This document shows positions 53,542 to 60,744 of a stretch of DNA of 60,744 nucleotides, one piece after another. Source of the DNA: a virus (Duplodnaviria; Heunggongvirae; Uroviricota; Caudoviricetes); the IMG/VR virus record IMGVR_UViG_3300005337_000004, positions 1-60,744 of that record; one strand, written 5' to 3'. Under the pieces are notes generated by a model. It ran no database searches, was not told the origin of the DNA, and was given only the letters and a program-made list of their open reading frames with translations. A program made the translations under genes and the position numbers. The first letter of the stretch is position 1, and each line of letters begins with the position of its first letter.

Positions 53542-54153
53542 ATGCCCGGTAGAGCAAAGTGCGAGCCCGGCTGCACGTGCGAGAAGCACAGCAGGCCGCG
53601 CATGTCCCCAGAGCAGGAAAAGGCCCGCCGGAACGAAATTTCCCGAGCGTACTACAAGGCCAACCGCGAGAAGGTTTCCGAAGCCGCGAAGGCCAAGCGT
53701 CGCGATCCAGTGGCGGGCGAAGAAATCCGCGCGAGACAGCGGGAGCGAATAGCCAACCTGTCACCCGAAGAACGTGAGCGCAAAGCCCAGCTCAATCGCG
53801 ACTGGTACAGCCGAAACCCCCGTCCGACCGAAGCGAACGTGCGACTTCACCTTAAGCATCGATACGGACTCACGCCTGAGGACTGGCAGCAAATGCTGGA
53901 CACTCAGAACGGGCGCTGCTATCTCTGCGAAGACGTGTTCGATCTCAGCGAGAGGCGCAAGATCCATACGGACCACGATCGCTCGTGCTGTCCAGGGTCG
54001 CGTTCGTGCGGCAAGTGCATCCGTGGCCTCAGCTGCGAGCACTGCAACCGCGGCATAGGGATGTTCGACGACGACCCTGACCGCATGCGCCGCGCAGCCG
54101 ACGCACTCGAAGCCGCGAAGGCGCGGGTCCAGTCCCGGTCCCAGCCCACGTAG
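53542..54153 (+). CDS. endonuclease VII-family HNH (free-standing homing endonuclease candidate)
   Basis: RYGLT..W..ML..QNGRCYLC...HTDHD...IRGLSCEHCNRGIG. Confidence 0.9.
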   Translation: MPGRAKCEPGCTCEKHSRPRMSPEQEKARRNEISRAYYKANREKVSEAAKAKRRDPVAGEEIRARQRERIANLSPEERERKAQLNRDWYSRNPRPTEANVRLHLKHRYGLTPEDWQQMLDTQNGRCYLCEDVFDLSERRKIHTDHDRSCCPGSRSCGKCIRGLSCEHCNRGIGMFDDDPDRMRRAADALEAAKARVQSRSQPT

Positions 54154-54171
54154 CAGTCCACCTCGACATCG

Positions 54172-54197
54172 AAGGCCCCTCCCCGTGAGGGGCCTTT
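54172..54197 (+). terminator. intrinsic terminator
   Basis: AAGGCCCCTC-CCCGT-GAGGGGCCTT-T. Confidence 0.7.
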
Positions 54198-54375
54198 CGC
54201 ATGTCCCGATCCAGCAGCACCGAAAGACCTCACTCAACCGAGCGGGGTCTTTCTGCTTTCCCGCACCACCCCATCGCAGCACCCGTAGGCGGCCGGCCTT
54301 CACCTCCCGGCCGCCGAGCAGGCAACCCCGGCAGTGGCGCCCCGGGGCCAAGTCACCAGCCAGAAAGGCACCATC

Positions 54376-54792
54376 ATGGCAATGGAGGGCTTGGGTCGCG
54401 CCTACAACGTGATCCCGATCGCCGCAGGCGCCGGTTTCAGCCTCAAGGGGGCCACCGGCGTGACGTTCATCTGCACCGGCAACGACACTTTCACCCTGAC
54501 CGTCGCGTCCACGTTCGGCGGCTCGTATGCGACGCCGGGCAACATCATCACCCGCATCTACACCAACACCAGCACCAACGGCACCGCCGCGTGGGTCAAG
54601 GCGTCGCAGGCCGCGTCGAACGCGGTCACGATCGCTTCCGGCACCGTCGCGTTCGAGGTGTACGGCATCCAACTCGCCGACCCAAAGGCCTACGTCAAGG
54701 TCAGCGCCGGCGGCTCGGGTCTGGTCACGGCGATTCTGCACGACCTGACCGCCTCTCGCGGCCCGGCGAACCTCGCGATCCTGGGGGCGTGA
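54376..54792 (+). CDS. virion structural protein (head decoration candidate)
   Basis: GAAAGG RBS; beta-rich, first structural gene after capsid. Confidence 0.65.
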   Translation: MAMEGLGRAYNVIPIAAGAGFSLKGATGVTFICTGNDTFTLTVASTFGGSYATPGNIITRIYTNTSTNGTAAWVKASQAASNAVTIASGTVAFEVYGIQLADPKAYVKVSAGGSGLVTAILHDLTASRGPANLAILGA

Positions 54793-54794
54793 CC

Positions 54795-55262
54795 GTGACG
54801 ACCCTGATCCAGGCCTCGGCGGTGCGGCTCATCACCGAGGGCTATCTCGTCTCTCGCGCCACCGCGGCGCTGCCGGCCACAGCGACCGGCAACATCTTCA
54901 CCGTCACCGGCGGCCGGATCCTGATCGTGTCGCTGGTCGGCGAGGTCACCACCGCGGTGCAGAACCAGGCGTGCACGGTCGCGATCGGCTACGCCCCGAC
55001 GGTCGGCACGGGATCGACGACGGCGCTGGGTACCGCGTCGTCGGTTATCGCCGCGCCAATCGGCACGCATGTCGGTATCAACCCGGGCAGCGCGGCCGTC
55101 ACCGACCTGGCCACCCAGGCGGGCGTGACCACGCCGGCGGGCAGGTTCCTGGTGGACGCCGGCTCCGTCACCATCACCACGTCGGCGACGAACACCGGCA
55201 GCCTGAAGTGGGACCTGATCTACGTCCCCGTCGACACCAACGCCACGGTGGTCGCGGCCTGA
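54795..55262 (+). CDS. virion structural protein
   Basis: Thr/Ala/Gly beta-rich ORF. Confidence 0.65.
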   Translation: MTTLIQASAVRLITEGYLVSRATAALPATATGNIFTVTGGRILIVSLVGEVTTAVQNQACTVAIGYAPTVGTGSTTALGTASSVIAAPIGTHVGINPGSAAVTDLATQAGVTTPAGRFLVDAGSVTITTSATNTGSLKWDLIYVPVDTNATVVAA

Positions 55263-55702
55263 TGGCGTGGATGCAGTGCCGCGACTGCTCCGCCAAGTTC
55301 GCGGTGGGGCTGTTGCGGTGTCCTCAGTGCAACGCCATGTCGGAGTTGTACGCGGTCCCCGAGGAAGTCATCGAAGCCGAGCAGGAGGAGGCGAACGTGC
55401 CGAAGATCAGCGTGGGGAGCGGGCCGTCGAACGCTCTCGGCGAGCCGCTCGAGGAGGAAGTGTCGGCAACCGAGCCGGCCGAGGCGCCGGAGCACCTCGA
55501 GTCCGAGACGTCCGACGCGACATCGGACGCTTCGGACGAGGGAGCCGAACCCGAGGAGGGCGCGGACGGTGCCGAAACGTCGCCTGCGGCTTCGGGCGCG
55601 GCCGTGACTGCCGAGCCCGAGCCCGCGCCGGCGTCGAAGCCCGCGAAGAAGGCCGCGGCGAAGAAGACGGCTGCGAAGGCGGAGCCTGCGCCCAAGGAAT
55701 GA
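55262..55702 (+). CDS. Zn-ribbon protein with acidic linker and Lys-rich tail
   Basis: CRDC...CPQC; KKAAAKK. Confidence 0.65.
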   Translation: MAWMQCRDCSAKFAVGLLRCPQCNAMSELYAVPEEVIEAEQEEANVPKISVGSGPSNALGEPLEEEVSATEPAEAPEHLESETSDATSDASDEGAEPEEGADGAETSPAASGAAVTAEPEPAPASKPAKKAAAKKTAAKAEPAPKE

Positions 55703-55713
55703 GGTGACCGGCG

Positions 55714-55911
55714 GTGAGTTGGTATCAATACCTCGACATCCTCAAGGCAGCCCACGTCGAGTTCGAGTACTGGGCATCCAACCCGCCGCTCGCTTGCCCG
55801 CACTGCGGGGAGCCGCTCATTCCGGGACCGCAATCCGCCGAAGTGACGCTCTTCTGCCGGTACGACGGATTCTCGTACCCGCGCGATTGGGTGCGCCCGG
55901 AAATCCTGTAG
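55714..55911 (+). CDS. small Zn-binding phage protein
   Basis: CPHCGEPL...FCRYDG. Confidence 0.7.
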   Translation: MSWYQYLDILKAAHVEFEYWASNPPLACPHCGEPLIPGPQSAEVTLFCRYDGFSYPRDWVRPEIL

Positions 55912-55963
55912 CCACCGCTCACCACCCCACCAGACCCACTGATTCGAGAAAGGTGGGGTGGCC

Positions 55964-57787
55964 ATGAGCCTTGCCGGTGACGCCCTGAGCGTCCACAACC
56001 GCAAGCCCGAGCGTGTCGCCGCGCAGATCACGCAGGACCCCTCCAGCACCCTGCCGGCATTGGCCATCGGCGGGGACCTGCTGGTCACCGGCGCCGTCAC
56101 CACCGGCGGCGTGAAGTCCGGCGGTGCCGCGGCAACCGGACAGGTGCAGGCGGCAACATCATCGGCGGCCTCGACATGGCAGTCGGCGGTGAACGTCGGC
56201 TCCTGGGTTTTCGACGTCCGGGTCTACGGCGCCGTCGGCGACGGGCAGGTGGCCACCGACGGGGCGATCACCTCCGGACAGAACATCCTGACCTGCGCCA
56301 CCTTGAAGCCGTTCACCCCGGCCGACGTCGGCAAGGCCGTCATGGTGAAGGGTGCGCTCACGTCCGGCGCGACCACCCTGGTCACCACGATCACCGGCTA
56401 CACGTCGCCGTCCACGGTAACGCTGGGCGCGAACGCCACCGCCACCATCTCCTCCGGCGGCCTGGTGATGTGGGCCACCGACGACACGGTGGCGATTCAG
56501 AAGACCATCAATGCGGCGTTCGCCTACGGCCAGAAGCAGGGCACGGCGATCGTGTGGATCCCGCCCGCAGCCGGCCTGTTTTACGGCATCGCCGGCCCGC
56601 TCGTCGCGGGAGGAGCCACCAAGGCCAACGGCCAATTGGTGATCCCGATCCAAGCGCCGACCGGAATCAAGGTCGAGCTGACGTTGCTTGGTGCCACGGA
56701 CGGCGGAGCCACCCGGCACTGGCAGCAGCTGATGCCGCAGATGTCCGGCAGCACCCTGGTGAGCTTCGGCGTCTTTGCGAACGCCACCGCGCAGACCAAC
56801 TCCCTGAACGCCAACGGCTCACCCGCCTGCATTTCCGGCCAGACCGGCGCCAACGGCTACGGCACCGACGCGCTGCTGTACAGCAATGTGCTGCTGCGCC
56901 TGCAGAACTTGCAGGTGCACACCACGCACTCGTTGAACGGGTGGGGCTATGGGGCCCTCAATGCGCACGGCCTGGCGGCGTGTGCGCTGGAGAACTTCGG
57001 CTACGGCACCGCCGCCACCTACGCCGCGGGCGACTATAACAATCCGAACGGTTTCTCGGCGGGGTTGTCGATCGGCGTCTTGATGCCGTCGGCCGGCAAC
57101 AACGACATGAACCAGATGCGCAATGTGCTCTGCCACGGCGGCTACACGCGCGGGATCTTCCTGACCGAGCATTCCGACTGGTCCGGCGGCACGATGCTGT
57201 ACTGCTGGTCCGGGGTCTGCCCGGTCGGCAACTACGGCGACGGTGGTAACGGCGTCGGGGCGTCCCACGGTGTGCACCTGTCGCAGATCTCGATTGAGGG
57301 CTGCAACAACCAGTTGGAGATCATCGGCCCCGGCCAGTCCGGCATCGGCCCGATGATCTCCGGGTCCTTCGATACCGAAGGCCAGAGCACCATCCGAGAC
57401 AACTCCTCCGGCATGGTCGCGGCGTGCGGGACGCTTCACCTGAAGGGCAACGGCGGGTCCTCGCCGACGGTGAACGCCGGAACGAACTTGGCGATCATCT
57501 GCGACTTCCAGTTTCCGGGGCCGGTGGCCAGTCCGCCCGCCCTCACTATCAACACCGCCATTCAGAACCCCTACGGCCGGTACGCGACGGTGACGCTGGC
57601 TGGCGGAACGGTCACTTCGGTGCAGGTGGGGACGCTGATGTGCGGATCCGCCGCGCCGCCGATGAGCAGTGTCTATACGCAGTCCTCCGGCACGCTGCCG
57701 CTGTACACGGTGCGCGTGGCGCCGCTGGGCTGGATCCAGGTCAACGGGACGGTGACGCCGACGACCAACACCTGGGTTCTTGAATGA
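55964..57787 (+). CDS. beta-helix spike/depolymerase-like protein (pectate-lyase-3-like)
   Basis: FDVRVYGAVGDG...DDTVAIQKTINAA; G/N-rich coils. Confidence 0.72.
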   Translation: MSLAGDALSVHNRKPERVAAQITQDPSSTLPALAIGGDLLVTGAVTTGGVKSGGAAATGQVQAATSSAASTWQSAVNVGSWVFDVRVYGAVGDGQVATDGAITSGQNILTCATLKPFTPADVGKAVMVKGALTSGATTLVTTITGYTSPSTVTLGANATATISSGGLVMWATDDTVAIQKTINAAFAYGQKQGTAIVWIPPAAGLFYGIAGPLVAGGATKANGQLVIPIQAPTGIKVELTLLGATDGGATRHWQQLMPQMSGSTLVSFGVFANATAQTNSLNANGSPACISGQTGANGYGTDALLYSNVLLRLQNLQVHTTHSLNGWGYGALNAHGLAACALENFGYGTAATYAAGDYNNPNGFSAGLSIGVLMPSAGNNDMNQMRNVLCHGGYTRGIFLTEHSDWSGGTMLYCWSGVCPVGNYGDGGNGVGASHGVHLSQISIEGCNNQLEIIGPGQSGIGPMISGSFDTEGQSTIRDNSSGMVAACGTLHLKGNGGSSPTVNAGTNLAIICDFQFPGPVASPPALTINTAIQNPYGRYATVTLAGGTVTSVQVGTLMCGSAAPPMSSVYTQSSGTLPLYTVRVAPLGWIQVNGTVTPTTNTWVLE

Positions 57788-58839
57788 GCGTCACGGAGCC
57801 TGCGTACATAACTAGAGAAGCACTCAAGAAGGCTCTCGACGTCAAAGGCACCTCCCGCTCCGACGACGACGTCGACCGCGCCATCCAGGCCGGGTCGCGC
57901 GCAGCCGAGGGCCTGCTGCACCGGGTGTTCTACCCGCGGGACATGACCCGTTACTTTGACTGGCCGAACTACACATACGCCTATCCGTGGCGGGTGTGGC
58001 TCGACGCCTGGGAACTCGCGGGGATCCCCACATCGGTGACCACCGGCGGCCAGGCCATCCCCTTGGGGGACCTGTTCTTCGAGCCGGCGAACAGCGGACC
58101 GCCCTACACCTACTTCGAGATCAACCGGGCGACCAACTCCGCGTTCGGCGTCGGCCCCACCCCGCAGCGGGACGTGGCCGTGACCGGGACGTTCGGTTTC
58201 AACCTGAACACCGCTTCTGCCGGGGCGCTTGCTGCCGCCGTCAACGACACCACCACCGGCGCGGTCACCGTAACAAACAGTGCCGGCGCCGGCGTCGGAG
58301 ACGTCATCACTGTCAATGCCGAACGGATGCTGCTCGCTGACAAGGCGCTTGCGGCAACCGGTCAGACGCAGCAGGGAAGCATCGGTGCCAGCACAGCCGA
58401 CCAGGCGCTGACCGTACAGAACGGCACCGCCTTCTACGTCGGCGAAACGGTGACGCTGGACCAGGAGTCCATGCTGGTCACCGCCGCCCCAGGCAACGTC
58501 CTGACGGTGAAGCGCGGCTGGGACGGCACCACGCCGGCCGCACACACCGGCGCAGCCATCTACGCGCCACGGCTGTGGACCGTCACTCGCGGTGCTTTCG
58601 GCACCACGGCGGCCACCCATCTGAACGGCGCGGGCATCTCCCGTTACGCGTATCCGTCGCTGGTGGCGCAGTTGTCGCTGGCCGAGGCGGAGAACGACTT
58701 GCTGCAAGCGGTGTCCGGCTATGCCCGAACCGTCGGTGCTGCGGACAATGCCCGGCCGGTCTCCGGGCAGTCCCTCGCCGACATCCGCGCCATGGCCTAC
58801 GCGCAGTACGGACGCAAGGTGAGGCGGCGGACCGTATGA
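57784..58839 (+). CDS. head-tail adaptor with inserted beta repeats
   Basis: YITREALKKAL...AIQAGSRA; VKRGWDGTT.AAH and VTRGAFGTTAATH. Confidence 0.7.
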   Translation: MSVTEPAYITREALKKALDVKGTSRSDDDVDRAIQAGSRAAEGLLHRVFYPRDMTRYFDWPNYTYAYPWRVWLDAWELAGIPTSVTTGGQAIPLGDLFFEPANSGPPYTYFEINRATNSAFGVGPTPQRDVAVTGTFGFNLNTASAGALAAAVNDTTTGAVTVTNSAGAGVGDVITVNAERMLLADKALAATGQTQQGSIGASTADQALTVQNGTAFYVGETVTLDQESMLVTAAPGNVLTVKRGWDGTTPAAHTGAAIYAPRLWTVTRGAFGTTAATHLNGAGISRYAYPSLVAQLSLAEAENDLLQAVSGYARTVGAADNARPVSGQSLADIRAMAYAQYGRKVRRRTV

Positions 58840-59237
58840 CCGAGGTTGAGTTCCGCTTCTCTGGTCCGATGTTCGATGGCCGGGCCGTTGAGGCAATGAA
58901 GCGCCTTGTCTCCGAGACGCAGACGACGGTCGCCGAGTACACCGAGGACACGTGGCGGGCGTTCATGGACGCCAGCTTCCGCCACCAGTCCCTTAGTGGC
59001 TACCAGTCGCACGTGAACATCGGCCGCCGCGACAAGGATTTGGTCGTCAATGACGGCTGGCCCGAGTCGGGGTTGGAGTACGGGCCCTGGCTGGAGGGCA
59101 TTGGCTCCCGCAACTCGCCGGTCACGCGCTTTCCCGGATACTTCGCGCTGCGCCGCGCCACGCAGAAGGTCCGCGGTGAACTTCACGAAGTCACGTCGCC
59201 GATCGTTGAAAAGTACGTCCGCGAGGCCAACGCGTGA
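58836..59237 (+). CDS. neck protein (HK97 gp10-like)
   Basis: YGPWLEG...FPGY..LRRA; gene order. Confidence 0.65.
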   Translation: MTEVEFRFSGPMFDGRAVEAMKRLVSETQTTVAEYTEDTWRAFMDASFRHQSLSGYQSHVNIGRRDKDLVVNDGWPESGLEYGPWLEGIGSRNSPVTRFPGYFALRRATQKVRGELHEVTSPIVEKYVREANA

Positions 59238-59698
59238 CCGGTCTGAATACACCGGCGGTCATCACCGCGGCAATTGACCACCTGGTCCAGACCGGACTGT
59301 TCGAGTCGGTGCAGGACCACGAGAGCACTTCGGCCTCTTCCGGCGGGCTCACGGCTGACGTGTGGGTTGCCGACATCAAGCCGGTCGCCGGGCAGTCCGG
59401 CCTGGATATCACGTCGGCGCTGCTGACGCTGACGGTGCGGATCTACCTCAACGCGATGCCGCCGGCCAGCAACGAGATCGAGCAGACCATTACTGGTGCG
59501 GCGGACGTGCTGCTGACCGCCTACAACAAGTCGTTCACGTTCGACGGCACCGTGTCGTGGGTCGACCTGCTCGGCGAGTACGGCACGCCGCTGTCGTCGA
59601 TCGGCGGCTACGTCACCGTCGGCGGCGTGTTCTTCCGCTGCATGACCGTCACCGTGCCGTGCGTCATCGACGACGTCTGGCCGCAGAGCCCGGCGTAG
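59234..59698 (+). CDS. tail terminator/completion protein
   Basis: Position before major tail protein; typical size. Confidence 0.65.
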   Translation: MTGLNTPAVITAAIDHLVQTGLFESVQDHESTSASSGGLTADVWVADIKPVAGQSGLDITSALLTLTVRIYLNAMPPASNEIEQTITGAADVLLTAYNKSFTFDGTVSWVDLLGEYGTPLSSIGGYVTVGGVFFRCMTVTVPCVIDDVWPQSPA

Positions 59699-59807
59699 GC
59701 CGGCCAATCCGCGCGACACCTTCCCGAGGTGGTTTCGCGCACCAATTCATCGAGGTCGCGCCGCGAACCCGTCGTGGCGCGGCGATACCTGCGCTAGCGC
59801 CCGGGAG

Positions 59808-60014
59808 GTGACCGTGGCCGAGGTCGAGCTTCCCGAAGCAAGGATCCTGCGGCTTCAAGAAGGTGACGTGTTGCTGTTCCAGGCGCCGAAACACCTGAGT
59901 GACTACGAAGCCGAAACTTTAGTCGAGCAGGTTCAGCACGTCTTCCCGGGGCATCGCGCGATGGTCGTTGACGGCGACATCAAGGTCACCGTGGCGCGGA
60001 TCGAGGCGCACTGA
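59808..60014 (+). CDS. small hypothetical protein
   Basis: GGGAGG RBS; TGATG overlap with tail gene. Confidence 0.6.
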   Translation: MTVAEVELPEARILRLQEGDVLLFQAPKHLSDYEAETLVEQVQHVFPGHRAMVVDGDIKVTVARIEAH

Positions 60015-60744
60015 TGGCTGGGAAGGTCAGCGGGCTTGGCGACAACCTATACGTAGGTGGATACGACCTATCCGGTGACGTCGGTGAGCTGTCGAAGATC
60101 AGCGGCTCAGTGGCGCTGCTCGACGTCACGCCGATCAACGTCAAGGCCTACGCGCGCATCGGTGGGCTACGCGACGGACAGATCACCTACAAGTCGTTCT
60201 TCAACCCGTCCGCGGGCCAGGAGCACACGGTGCTGTCGGCACTCCCGACGGCGGACCAGCACATGATGTACTGCCGCGGCACCACCCTCGGCAACCCGGC
60301 TGCATGCATGGTTGAAAAGCAGCTCGAATACAACCCCACTCGCGACAATAAGGGCATGCTGACGTTCGCCATTCAGGCCGACGCCAACGCCTTCGGCCTG
60401 GAGTGGGGCAACCTGCTGACCGCTGGACTGCGTACCGATACCGCGGCCACCAACGGGACCGGCGTGGACTCGGCGGTTGGTTTGGTAACCCCCTCGGTTC
60501 CGGCGTCCGGAACTCCGGCAACCAATACGAGCTCGATCCCGGTGACCGTGGTCATCAGCGGCGGGACCATGACGGCGGTCGTCATCAACGGCGTTACCGT
60601 CGGCACGGGCGCGGGCACGTACACACTGCCTGCCGGACAGTCCATTACCTTGACGTACACCGTCGCACCCACCTGGACGTGGACGGCCGTGACAGCGTTT
60701 GGCGCGCAGGCCTATCTCCAGGTAACCGCTTTTACCGGTACCGA
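60014..60744 (+). CDS. major tail protein (partial, runs off window; absent from ORF track)
   Basis: Translated by hand: MAGKVSGLGDNLYVGGYDLSGDV...GGLRDG...GLEWGNLLTAG...FGAQAYLQVTAFTGT, no stop. Confidence 0.85.
   Translation, partial: MAGKVSGLGDNLYVGGYDLSGDVGELSKISGSVALLDVTPINVKAYARIGGLRDGQITYKSFFNPSAGQEHTVLSALPTADQHMMYCRGTTLGNPAACMVEKQLEYNPTRDNKGMLTFAIQADANAFGLEWGNLLTAGLRTDTAATNGTGVDSAVGLVTPSVPASGTPATNTSSIPVTVVISGGTMTAVVINGVTVGTGAGTYTLPAGQSITLTYTVAPTWTWTAVTAFGAQAYLQVTAFTGT

Larger units (their letters stand above)
1..60744. mobile_element. Actinobacterial temperate siphovirus-like element (prophage or phage-plasmid) with a TraB-type conjugation-like block; extends beyond both window edges
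   Basis: Terminase-portal-protease-capsid-neck-tail order at 46-60.7 kb, phage-type initiators, dense small coupled ORFs; no integrase seen. Confidence 0.93.

Noticed and set aside
50499-53764. 505-aa and 647-aa minus-strand ORFs
   Set aside because: Antisense to protease and capsid; expected in high-GC DNA
59699-59807. Hairpins before the small gene upstream of the tail protein
   Set aside because: Imperfect GC-rich stems without U-tract or recognisable motif
1-60744. tRNA or rRNA genes
   Set aside because: No T-loop/cloverleaf or rRNA signature seen in intergenic regions; tRNAscan-SE or ARAGORN would be decisive

Overview
High-GC actinobacterial temperate siphovirus-like element (prophage or phage-plasmid); no integrase, tRNA or CRISPR is visible in the window. 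Left to right: an RNA-repair pair (Rnl1-like ligase, Pnkp); about 20 kb of small accessory genes with two divergent switch cassettes, a type II hammerhead ribozyme (5855-5911), an FxSxx-like peptide coupled to DUF397, a truncated DNA methyltransferase and an orphan Panacea antitoxin; replication initiator 1 with internal iterons; three lipoproteins, a TA-like pair and an XRE regulator; initiator 2 with phased iterons plus DnaB; a plasmid/AICE-like block (UTRA and GntR between 17-bp inverted repeats, Xis-like HTH, many small genes, DUF2637 membrane protein and TraB-like FtsK ATPase with frame-independent GGAWGC repeats); then the late region (terminase, portal-MuF fusion, ClpP-like protease, HK97 capsid with recoded 3' end, endonuclease VII-type homing endonuclease, beta-helix spike, neck genes, start of major tail protein). 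Best candidates for new biology: a hammerhead ribozyme co-encoded with the enzymes that heal its cleavage ends, and a two-origin phage carrying a TraB-type conjugation module. Family calls come from motif recognition by eye; no searches were run.
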